Below are positions 38,670 to 50,799 of a stretch of 64,000 nt of DNA, one piece after another. The stretch spans positions 63,612,001-63,676,000 of the forward strand of contig NC_086380.1 of assembly GCF_036588685.1 (NCBI RefSeq). Reading direction: 5' to 3'. A program made the translations under genes and the position numbers. The notes under the pieces were generated by a model. The model ran no database searches. It was not told the origin of the DNA and saw nothing but the letters and a program-made list of their open reading frames with translations. The first letter of the stretch is position 1. Each line of letters opens with the position of its first letter. This DNA is from Mytilus trossulus (Eukaryota).

Positions 38670-41420
38670 TGTGATATTATCACCGAATATGAGCGAAACG
38701 ATTCTTTCAAACATACATATTTCTACGGATTGTATGTTTAAATTGTGTTGTTTTATGGAACACGTATTGTATATAGCATATAGTTCAGTTCGTTCACTAA
38801 CAAGAGATATTTTACCGAGGGAGTTTTTTCTTAAACTTTTAAAATACGTTTGCAGAAACCTTTATTAAAATGATTATTATCCAAATGACCATACCACTAG
38901 AATACTTTGAATTATTTATGAAATTCAACTACCAAAGATAACAAGAAGACAAACACATATACAAATATGCTATTATATAATTTAGATATTATGTATTTCA
39001 AATCATTTATATATTACAAATATATTAGATCCATTGTTTTTTTAAATCTTTTATAACATCTAAAAAACATTAATGAAACTTTTTCTTAACAAAGAGATTT
39101 AAAGATTAGCCTTCCACTTGTATCATGTCAAACCATTGAAATTTCATTTGACTTTTCACCTGTCTCGGTTTTTATTCATCATTTGCTTTACATTTGTCAG
39201 CTTTTAACGTTCCTGATAAAGATAAATCCAGGATAGCGCTTTAAAATCATTCAATTTGTAAAGTGTTAATACTTTTTAAATGTATTTTAATAATACCATT
39301 ATAGTATTTTAACGACGCAAATATATGACACAAATAAGTTCGGGTTCTCAGGAGATATTGTTTCATTAATTCTAAATTTGTATCCATCAAATAATAAAAT
39401 GAATCGTTCTTCGTCTTAACATTAAGACGAATGACAAACATAGCGTGTAAACTCCAACAAATAATGTTTTAATAAAAAAATGTTATACTCTAAAAAAATG
39501 TTTGGTATGAAAGTAAAGACTGTTTAACTATTATATATATTTTTGATATGCTATTATTTTACATAGTCTATTATTATGTTGGAGACTAAAATTTGAATAA
39601 TGACACCTCAACTTGCCTAATCGCTATGAAAAGTGTCAGGGTTCAAGATAATTGCTTCACATGTTTCATTACAAATGTAACCCGAAGATGAAAAATATAT
39701 GTATACCAAGAAACACATGTTAAAGAGATTTTTTTATGATGACTACGTTAAGAAACAGTATTAAAAAAAACATATGAAAAATGTTCGAAAATTAGCGCAC
39801 ACTATTATTTTATAGATGTTCAAATCTTACAATATAAAAAAAGAGATGTGCAATGATTGCCAATGAGACAACTGTACACAAAATTTTGAATGTAGTAGAT
39901 GTTAGTAATTATAGATCACCTTCAAGACTTCACCATATCGTATGATAGGCTATATAAGGCCCTAACATGAAAAAAACAAAACAAAAACAATTCAAGTTAA
40001 TAAAAAAATAACGATATAATTGATAACAAACAATATACGAAACACGAAAATGACACACCAATGACAACACCGTGAAATACTTGCTCTTGAATTTAGACAA
40101 GCATATACAGAATGTGATAGGGTTACACATGATTATAATTACTTTAGATGTATATAAAAAAGAAAATGCGGTATGATTGCCTATGAGACAACTGTGTAGA
40201 AGAGACCAAAATGACACAGATACTAACAACTATCATGACTATAGGTCAACGTACGGCCTCCAACAATGAGTAAAGCCGATACTGCATAGTCAGCTATAAA
40301 CGGCCCGGGAAGACAATGTAAATAAATCCAAGCGAGAAGACTAACGTTTTATAATAATACGTTATTCTGATTGGCTAATTAACTGCACACCACGTGTTAT
40401 TTATTAAGCAATTGCATTACACAATAACACTTATCATTCATGATAACACGAGGTCCCACAATGAACTTCACAGGTGAATGAAATAACAAAATGGCAAAAT
40501 TCGTGTTTTCATGATTCTAGCTAAAAAGTAATTAAACGTATTAAATGCTTCTTTTTGTAACTTCAAAGGGTTGTTAAAGTGTTGGCCGTACGCACATTTT
40601 TAGAATGATGCTCTTCCGGTTTTCATAAAAAATATATTTCGGTCTACGCTTTTACACTCCAAAGAAGCATTCATTTCAGTGAGTGCTCAACCATACACGA
40701 TTAAATAGACAATCAAGGTAGCAAACGACATAACTTAGGGAATCGCATTACCTCTAAAAAAAGACCTGAAACGGATATATAGGCAATGTCTTATTATATT
40801 GTCCAATATAAAAACAAAACTGAGTATTATACTTATCTATTCAATAGCATTAATAACGACGCAACAATAAAATTAATTTGGTTAAATTGCTCGTCAAAAT
40901 AATATTAATTGGAAATAATGTAGTATAGAAATATTCATTGAGTTTTTAAATCCTGTGGATGAGAAAGTCACAATTTGTACAAATTAAAATCAGTACATTT
41001 TATGTTAAAGATTCGACGAGATCATATTGATAAATATATTGATTTATTGAGTAATTAATATTTAATAGACTTTTAGTATTTGTGGATATACTGTGGCTTG
41101 AACAAGTGTACAGTCTTTGAGGGATCCATTGACCTTCTACGGGAATATTGGCCATCCGAAATTATTACCTTTCTGTAGTTAAACTCGACGAATGAAACAG
41201 TAGTTGGACAATAAAGACCACCGAGCTTCCATCTGCTCATATTCAAATCAATAACCATAGTTTCTACTACTTTTTAGCTACACTATTTGTATTTGGTTTT
41301 TGCAAACCACTATAATTTTACATAATTTAGGCATCTATAACCGTATGATTTGTTCAAGAGTGAAACAGCAGGTATTGAAACATGTGTTTGTATGAGTCCT
41401 TTAACCTGTTAAGTAAAATT
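38670..41420 (+). repeat. segmental repeat copy A (~3 kb)
   Basis: Collinear anchors shared with copies B and C: TGCAGAAACC, GCAAATATATGAC, GTAACCCGAAGATGA, TGCTCGTCAAAATAATATTAATTGGAAAT, GGATCCATTGACCTTCT, CATATTCAAATCAAT. Confidence 0.85.
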
Positions 41421-42667
41421 TCACCTGCAGATGGAATATACATTTCCTAAATTATTTGTTATTCAAGAGCTTGCAGCTGCTAGGTAAAATTTGCAAAATG
41501 AAGGCAACAGTAGTGACCCGATGTTCAAAAGCCCTAAATAGATTGAGCGAAAACAAATACGAGGTGAACACATTAACTTGACAGAAATACAGCACACACA
41601 CACACAAGATATTCATCACAGAAACACACACACACACATAATATATCGGTCGAAACAACATGCAAATTGCAGAACAACAACACACATGTTCCATCAACGA
41701 CAAGCAGTTGGTTTCCTACCAGTCAATTCAAAGTTGACACAAATAACAGCATTAACAAAAGATTATAATTCAGGTTTAAAGAAAAGTAAAATATTACTTG
41801 CATGTAACAGTTATTATCAAATATGTATGTACATCTTTAAATTGTTAATATATGTACACTATTTCTTTTAATAACTGTATTATATGTCTCTCCTTAGGCT
41901 AATGATGACTTTTCGATACTGTAACATTTTATTTTTTACTGAACTATACAAATCAATTAACATGCTTCACAAAGTAAACCAACAAGTTTAACAAGTTAAA
42001 TAGCTATTAAATAAGAATAACAAAAAGGTCCGTTTTTTTAACCATAAACACAGTTCAAGAATTGTTTCATTGTAATCAGAATGTAATCAAAAAGTAATCA
42101 GGATTACAGGGTATTTTGAAAAGTAATTGATTACATTAGATAACATGTAATCAAATTTTTGGCTTATTAATAATTTCAATGATTACTTGTGAATCAATTA
42201 CAGCTGATTAACGATTACTATTGCAATTACCCAAAGTATGTTTGGGTATGAATTATGACATACGATTGTTATTATAAATGTATCATTCCGGAACGTTTTA
42301 TTAGTACACGTTGCCTCAATTTAAGTTAATGTCATTATCCACGTATATATGTATCGATTGGCAAAAGTAATATTTTACATGCAGTGTTGTTACTGAAAAT
42401 TGTGAACCAAAATATGAGATAATAGTTGCATTTTTGTTGTTGTATATAGCCGGTTGTTTACGCTAGCAAAACCACTAATGGGTCTTCAATGCAGCGAGAA
42501 ACTCCCGCACCCTGAGGAGTTCTTCTGCTGGTCCGGAAGCAAACATGTATACTAGTTCAGTGATAGTGGAGTAAATACATTAAGTAATACATAGTTCCCG
42601 ACGAATTTGAAATTGATATTTCATTTCATGGTTCTATATTTAACAAATAGTCTCCTCTGTGATATTA

Positions 42668-43911
42668 CAGTTCTTGGATGGTGTAAACTTCCCACTCATA
42701 CACCATTACACCATACACCTTGTACCATTACACCATACATCTTGTACGATTACACAATACACCTTGTACCATAACACCATACACGTGACAACTTTGCACC
42801 ATACAACTTACACATTACACCATGAACCATTCACCATTATATCTACACGATCCAAAATTACCCATAATGCAATTTAATTTCAAATATCTATAATACTAAA
42901 ATTACGAGGTCCAATTTGTCAGCCGTCATCACGTAAAAACGACGAATCAAAGAATTCATCTTTATATATAACTAATAAAGTACAAAAGTGTAGATTAAAA
43001 ATTACACCACTCCAGGCCCCTTTGTTTTCCACGTAATTTATATTGCCAATAATTAAGAAGTTCCGGGTCGAGTCCGATACCGATACCAATAGTATATTCA
43101 CCTGTTACCTATTACCGCATCTGACAGGCGCACCACTAAACGGTGTATTCAGGATTAATAAAATTGAGAATGGAAATGGGAAATGTGTCAAAGAGACATA
43201 TACACGGGTCATAATCACAGGGTTGACACTACTAAATTGTCATATTGTTACCTATTGTAGTATTTTAATCAGTTAGACTTTCTAAGATAACAAAACGAAT
43301 ACTAAAAAATCTGGACTGAAAATAAGGCGTATAGGTACAGTTTTCAATTTGTTAGCGGGCATGACGTAAAACAGCGAATCAAAGAATTCAACTTTATTTA
43401 TAACTTATATAGGACAATGCTGTTGATTAAAAAATACTCCATTCCAGGACCTTTTGTTTTCCAAATAATTAATATTACCAATAATTGATAAGTTCCAGTT
43501 CGACGGGAAAATTTGAAATCAGAAACTGTGTATCTTTTAATCGGCATGACTTTATCAGATGACAATACTAATACTAAAATAAGACTTGCGCATAGTTATA
43601 GACTTTAATTCAGTCACGGACCCGCGATATCACGGGTGTGTTCTAGTTAAGATTATTATTATTGTTTATGTTAACAATTCGAAAAAAATAAAATAAAAAG
43701 AACTTCGTTTTCAACCAATGAAATGTCGTACACCATCATGCATACCATTTGCGATCGCACGTTACACAATCACACCATTCATCAAACACCATTACACCAT
43801 TCCTCTTACACCATACACCATAGCACCATACACCTTACACCATAACACCATATGCCATACACCATTACACCATATTCGTTATTTTGGGAAGTTTACACCA
43901 TTCAAGGGCTG
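42668..43911. mobile_element. TA-flanked MITE with TACACCAT simple-repeat interior
   Basis: TA-CAGTTCTTGGATGGTGTAAACTTCCC / GGGAAGTTTACACCATTCAAGGGCTG-TA; repeat tracts at 42699-42870 and 43725-43875. Confidence 0.8.
42887..43646 (+). mobile_element. non-autonomous Helitron
   Basis: 5' TC, 3' hairpin ACCCGCGATATCACGGGT followed by CTAG, inserted between A and T with no TSD; internal direct repeat at ~42915-43060 and ~43345-43500. Confidence 0.85.
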
Positions 43912-43984
43912 TATTACGAAACATGATCTTGAGTCAGGAATCTTTGTTCTTTGGTGTATAAAGAAATTTTAGAAAAGAATAATA

Positions 43985-44659
43985 CCGGCGTCACACATCA
44001 GCGTATAACTTCGACGTGAGCCGGGCGTGGTACAAGATCAAGCACGCTGCCCATACACGAGTTATTTTGAATGCATTCAACCTGTCTATCATATCTGTAT
44101 CGTGTGCACAGCGAGCTTTCAGCCTGTATTTGGCGTACCTTAGCGTTTATCAGGCGTTCAAGTAGTGTTTGTTGACGTATGCCTGACGTTTGTCTAACGT
44201 AGATAAAATGTACGCTACGAAGGAAAAGAAAGTCTCTTGAACGTATTTTAGACGCGTCCCGGTCGTATCTGGGACGATGATACGTAATTTCGGCGTTGTT
44301 TCTGGGACATTTTACTATGTGGTGTTTGTTACAAACACACATGCATACGTTTAAATTAAGGTCAAACGTTCTTGAAGACCATACAACATGCCCTAAACGT
44401 GTCTCAAATTTATATGTAGAGTTTTCAAAGCGCTTGTAGTGAATGTATTACGTGTGTTTAGCTAGACAAACGCTTGAGCTGGATGAACAATTTTAAGCTG
44501 CTTGAAAATTTCCTAGAGTCATAGCGTTCACCAAGCGTATACCTTTGAATTTCGACGTTCTTTAAGCTTATGCAACGCGCCTATTACGTATACCGACTTT
44601 GCCAAATTTCTTTGTACGTCTGGTGCACGCCGGTCTATACTCCAATGCGTGACGCCGGC
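43985..44659. mobile_element. CpG-rich MITE (Harbinger-like)
   Basis: CCGGCGTCACAC..GTATA / TATAC..GCGTGACGCCGG terminal inverted repeats. Confidence 0.7.
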
Positions 44660-44739
44660 ATAAAGGTGTTTCGAAATTTTCTGCCATCAATTCAATTCAA
44701 TTTCGTAACTTAATTGGCCATTTCATATTCTTTTTTTCG

Positions 44740-47700
44740 ACAGTCCCGGAAGAACCATGTGTAGACGAAATGTGTCTCTCTAGTGTATATACTTCTACGG
44801 CTTGTATCTTTGAAGGATGTTATTTTATGGAACAAGTATTATTCATACACAAAAGATTTGAGAGATTTTTTTTTACTTTTATAATCTTTTTGCAGAAACC
44901 CTTGTTAAAACAGTTATTTTTCTAAATGACCATAATGCTAGACTAATTTGAATATTCATGTCATTCGACTACTTACCATGCTTACTACCGATGAAAAGAA
45001 GACAAACACATGTGACATGAAAAACAGATATTATGTAATATGATTGAAATACTATGTATTCCAAATCATTTATTTATTACAAAGAATTCAGGTATAGTAC
45101 TAAAATCTGTTATAGCATCTACAAATATTTTATGAAAGTATTTTTTAAGAAATAGATTTCTAAATTAGCCTTTCACTTGTAATATATTAAACACTGGTTT
45201 GAAAGTTTAACACTTCCACTGTCTCGGTTTGAATTCATCCTTGACTTTAAAATACTCGGCTTTGGGCGTTCCTGATAAAGAAAAGTCCAGAGAAGCGCTT
45301 TAAAATCATCCAATTTGTAAAGTGTACTTTTCATTGTAATTCAATGAAACAATAATAGTATTGCAACAACGCAAATATATGACGTAAATAAGTCCGGGTT
45401 CTCAGGAGATCTTGTTTCATTAATTCTAATAATAAAGTGAAACTTTCTACGTCTTAAAAAAATAAGATTTGATGACAAAAAAAGCATGTAAACTCCGACA
45501 AAGAATGTATTTAATTCTGTAATGTTATACTTTTTAAAATATTTAGTATGAGAAAGAAGACTGTTTTACGATTATTTATATTGTTGACATGATATTATTT
45601 TACATAGTCTATTATGAAACTAAGATTTTAATAATGACACTTCTGCGATCTTTATCACTATGATAGGTGTCAGGGTTTAAAGTTATGGATTCAAATGTCT
45701 CATTAAAAAGGTAACCCGAAGATGACAAATACATGGATGCCAAGTAACACCTTAAAGGTATTTATTTTATGATGACTACGTTAAGAGACATGTATTAAAA
45801 ACATATAAAAAAATGTCCGAAAACTAGCGCATAATATTATTTTATAGATGTTCAAATTTTACATTAAAAAAAGAATTGTGATTTTATTTTATTATTTCTA
45901 CCAAATTTCAAATGAAGTAGATTTAAGCAATTATAGGCTACGGTGAGGGCTTCCTTATATGGGGACGATGTTCCAAATTATGGTAGAAAAATGAAAAAAA
46001 AAGAAAAAAAAAGGAAGAAATTTACCAATTTTTTCATTCTACTAATGAACTCAAAATCGTTAACTTTTTTATTCAGATCTACTTCCTGTGCCTGTTTTCC
46101 CTGCATTCGCGCAAAAATCTACTTTCTTGTCCGGTCTTGTTTGCATGGGACTTTAAATTAAATATATATTTATCAGTCTAGTAAAATATAAGATTGGAAC
46201 TCAATACAAATTCATTTTTAATAATTGTTTGATATAAAAAAAAAGTTACCTGATATAATCGTTTCTTTTGTTTACATTGAATATGACGTCATAACTTAAT
46301 GAAAGTCACAGCTTACAATAGAACCAAAATTGGGAACGTTATGGTATTTCCGTTTCTTTTATCAATATGTTTGAATTAAAAAAATAATGCATACTGACTT
46401 CGTCCCAATTCACAGGTTATGCCTGCCTCCTATTATCGTACACATTGGTATAAAAGGCCCTTATATGATAAATATTATTATGGGGACTAAATCTATTACA
46501 ATAAAAAAAAAAAAAAATTCCCGAATTTTCCATTGTATTAATAAACTCAAAATCGTTTAAAACACTGTTGTCACGTTTTTTTGAATTTCCGGATCTGCTT
46601 AGAAATCTTTCCGGTCTTCTTTGTATGAAACTTTGAACAACATGTATATTTATCAGTCTAAGAAAGGGACTCAATACTAATACATTTTTAAAAATTGTTT
46701 GTTATAAAAAAAACCGTTACCCAATGACAGCGTTTCTTAGTTTACATTGAATATGACGTCATAACTTAAATCACATCACAACTAAAATCCTTAACAACAG
46801 AACCAAAATCGGAATCGTTACGGTATTTCCGTTTCTCTTTTCAACATGTTTGATTTAAAAAAAAAATCATATTGACTTCGTCCCCATTCACAGGGAATGC
46901 CCGCCTCATATTAAATTCAAGTAAAAAAAAAACCTTACGGCATGATTAATATTAAAACAATTTACGAAACACGAATGTGCCACACCAATGACAACCCCTG
47001 TGAAATATTTCCTCTTGAATTTGGACAGGCACATGAATAATGTGATAGGTTACCCATGTTTGTGATGGCCCAACCATACACGATTAAATAGACAAATCAA
47101 TGTAATGAACACAATACCTTAGGGAATCAAATGAACTATGAATAAAACCAGGAATGGATGTATCGACAATGTCTGATTAGATTGTCCAAAGTAGAAAGGT
47201 ATTGATGAAGGGTCTTGTATAAAAGATTCCCAAATACTATTTTAGACTGAGTATTATATGTTTCTATTCAATAGCATGAAGATGAATAACGACGATCTTA
47301 TAAATTAATTTGGTTATTTTGCTCGTCAAAATAATATTAATTGGAAATTATGAAGTATACAAATATTAATTAACTTTTTTAATCCTGTTGATAATAAAGT
47401 CACAATTTGCAGAAATTAGATCAGTACATTATTTGCTAAAGATTCGACGATAACATATTGATAAATATATATTCGTTGATTACGGAATTAGTGTGTAATA
47501 GACTGGCAGTACATGTGGCTTTACTGTGGCTGATACAAGTACACGTACTGGGGGGGGGGATCCATTGACCTTCTGCGATAATATTGTCCATTTGAATTCA
47601 CTACATCAGTTATACACTAATGAAACAGTAGTTGGACGTTCAAAACACCGAGACTCCATCTGTTCATATTCAAATCAATGACCATAGTTTCTACTTCTTA

Positions 47701-48540
47701 TTAGCTACAATGTTTGTATTTGCTTTTGCAAAACCATTAGTTAAAAATTAGTGAAAAATTGTAAAATTTAATTTATATAATTTGTATATAATTTGATGCA
47801 ATTTTATGCCATCTTTATAATATGTAATAACTGATAATGAGCATTATTGATTCATTATTTGTTTTTACGATGTACTTCATACTGAGCTAGCGGAACATCA
47901 AGGACTGACATCAATCTCAGTACCAGAATATATCACAAATAAGACGATTCCTATTTAGAAGTTATCGATATCCGCAACCTTAGTAGCACTATACTGTACA
48001 TTTTCATGAACCTGCAGCTGCTATGTCGAATTTGTTAAATAAAGGCAACAGTATATTTTTTCATCAGACCCTAATTATCAATTTGAGATACTAGTGTGAA
48101 ACATAAGTTATAAATGAACTTAGATCTCAACTATCCAGGAAAAATTAAAGCTCATGCTGTTTTATAAGTCCTTCTATGTCATATCGTTCTACAATGTTTG
48201 TGTTTCTTATATATCCATGGCTTACAAGTATTCAACTTTGACTTTTCCTGATGACGGCATATCCAGAAAAAACGAATCGGAGACAAGCAGTTAATGACGA
48301 GATAGCTTCATTTTCCTACATAGATCAGTTACTAAGTACTACATGTATGGGCTTGATGTGTTTTTGTTTTTAATTTTACCATTTGAGAAAAAGTGAAAAT
48401 AACATCAATACTGAACTCAAGTTCCGTAATCAAATAAATAAAAACAAAGCTCAAACACTTCAAATTGATGAGCAACCGTCATATTTCTGACATTTTTTTA
48501 ATGTAAAAAATGATGAATTTAACCTGGTTTTCCAGCGCTA
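44740..48540 (+). repeat. segmental repeat copy B
   Basis: Collinear with A, and shares a further ~800 bp with C (47745-48540 vs 53010-53760); carries a private insertion at 45943-46912. Confidence 0.85.
45943..46912. mobile_element. tandem dimer of a ~480-bp MITE-like element
   Basis: Two collinear units, each starting ATGGGGAC and ending GACTTCGTCCC..TTCACAGG..ATGCC.GCCTC; absent from copies A and C. Confidence 0.7.
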
Positions 48541-48619
48541 AATCACTCACTTACTTTTATGACAGTTGCATCAAATTCCATTATATTGACAACGATGTGT
48601 AAACAACACTTCGTATCTA

Positions 48620-50460
48620 TATATCTAACAAATCCAAATGTAACTAGTGTATGCATCAGAAACCCAACATTCCTTCCCCACTTTGTGTTATAATGGGACG
48701 TTCTGTCTATTCTAAACGAATGTGATGGAATGTGACCTTTAACGCCAGGAAATTAAAGGGGGTTTCTTAAGTATAGGAATAAATCTAAAACGAGCCAATG
48801 AAGACCATTAAAATGTAAAAACAGGGGTTTGTCAGAAGCAGGGTATCTTATTCCCCAAAAGGCACGTACCATGCGCACAGGACAAAGATCTGCCTTCCTT
48901 TGAGGAATAACCAAAGTCATTGAAGTACTCTCTGGTCAGCTTTCGGACTGCAAAACTTCAAATGCAATTTATATTTGATATTTCACAAATCATTAATAAA
49001 AAATTGTGTGGGCTCCGATACTATACTCGTATCGACAGCGAGCTCAACTATTCTTAATAAAGCAACAAATGCAAACCTAAATGCATAAGCGAACAGACAA
49101 GATTCATAATAAGAGGGGTAAACGGATGGAAGTGATCGTATAATTTTATGCAAAATATCTAAAGTAACAAGAGCGCGAATTCCTGATAATTAGGAACTCT
49201 ACCTTCGAACTCCCTCGAACATTTAGAAACTATAAAAGTACATGCAGTGCCAGTTACATAATAATTCATGATTTTAATTTGGATAATCCCGGATAAGCAT
49301 GTATTGATTGTAGATGATGGTAAACCAGAATACGATAAGTAAGCTATAAAACGAGTGAACACATCAATTTGTATAGGCTATGATACATTTAAGTCATATT
49401 TCTTGCTGATTGATAATTCAAGGAGTAAGGATAATCATTGCTCATGACTACAGACGATGACTGATTGACATTCCCTGTCACCACGCAAAAAACCCACAAT
49501 TCCTCAAGAGGATGATGGAAAGCGCTCTTTTATTAATCGGTACTGATCATCGTACACGACCCAACCATTAGTAGTACCGCTAGACGACCCTTACTGAATG
49601 CTTTGCATATATTTCAAATACTCGTGGGCTTTCATTAACCATTTTTCTAATAGAATTGCCATATAAATCATAAAGGCCGAAGTCCAAATTTCTATGTTGT
49701 TCAAATAATATGGTTTCTTATTGACCACAGTAAGGGCACCTCCTTTCAAAAAAAAAATCGCCATCCAAATTAGAATCACAGCCAAAAACTGCAGCAGATT
49801 TTAGCAATAAACCCAAATGAAGAAACTCACCTCGCCAATTTTTTTTTTCCTTAATCTTTATTGGAATATGAGCCCCAATCAGATCAAATCTGCTAAGGAT
49901 GCTTTTTCGGAATGTGATTAACTATAGAAATTTTATTACTGGCCTAGTGCGAGCCTGTAATTAGCGACTGGGACTTCCTATGATAAAAGGGGGTGCATTT
50001 CGCCCCCCCTGTATGTGTATACATACAATGACTATCCTGAATCGACGGGACCTTCTCGACTTGGGAAACTATACTAGAATCATTATCCTCTGCTGCTCTG
50101 TTGATCGTTGTGGCGACATCGTATAATTTTGGTCGCTGAGAATCTGTACTCGACATCAAAACTCTCGAAGATGACGTCCAAGTCCGCACGGTCACTTTGG
50201 TTTGGGTTGGAGGCAATAATTTCGTCTGCGCTTGTATTTACCATAACTTGAGTTAAATGACTACCCGCCACATTAATGTTTTGATTCCCATGAGGAGCCA
50301 TGTTTCTTTTTGGATCAAACTGCACATGCATTTTTCTAACATTTAATCTTTTACGCTTAGAAGTATACTTTTTCTCTGCACCAGATCGTAAACTAGTAGG
50401 CGGTTGCCTATTTCTTTTCTGAGGTTTCATCTGTGTTGAGGATGGAACTGGATTTTACAA
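48620..50460 (-). mobile_element. DIRS/Ngaro-type tyrosine-recombinase retrotransposon relic (gag plus YR, RT absent)
   Basis: Gag motifs FDLIGAHIPIKIKEK..WRGEF, IEIWTSAFMIYMAIL..EYLKYMQSI, GWVVYDDQYR; YR motifs FIAYLSYSGLPSSTINTCLSGI and LFAYAFRFAFVALLRIVEL; outer limits approximate. Confidence 0.8.
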
Positions 50461-50799
50461 AAATAAATTTGAACAAGCTTTCCGTTCAAATGTTAGAAAA
50501 TTTAGAACTGCCATCACATTGCGCTAACGTCACGTGACAGACACGGTCAAAGTTCAAAATGCAAAGCGAAAAAAGGGGGGACTCGAGAATAAATGCGGAA
50601 TTTTAACATTTATTAAACCTGTATTATCAGTAAACCGATAAACATTAATAAACTAAATAATTGTAAAATTTAAGCGATTTCTGTAATTTAGTTCTTTTTT
50701 TTATATTTCAATATTTCCGCTATTCCTTCTATTAGTTTAACAGAAAAAAGGACATTAATAAAAATGTATGCTTCTTTCAAAGGCAGATTTGTAGGCGGA

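Noticed and set aside
43998-44342. 114-aa ORF
   Set aside because: Lies wholly inside a CpG-rich MITE and has no protein motif
49944-50430. ORFs of 90 and 115 aa as independent genes
   Set aside because: Directly upstream of and co-oriented with DIRS/Ngaro gag motifs; best read as frameshifted gag N-terminus
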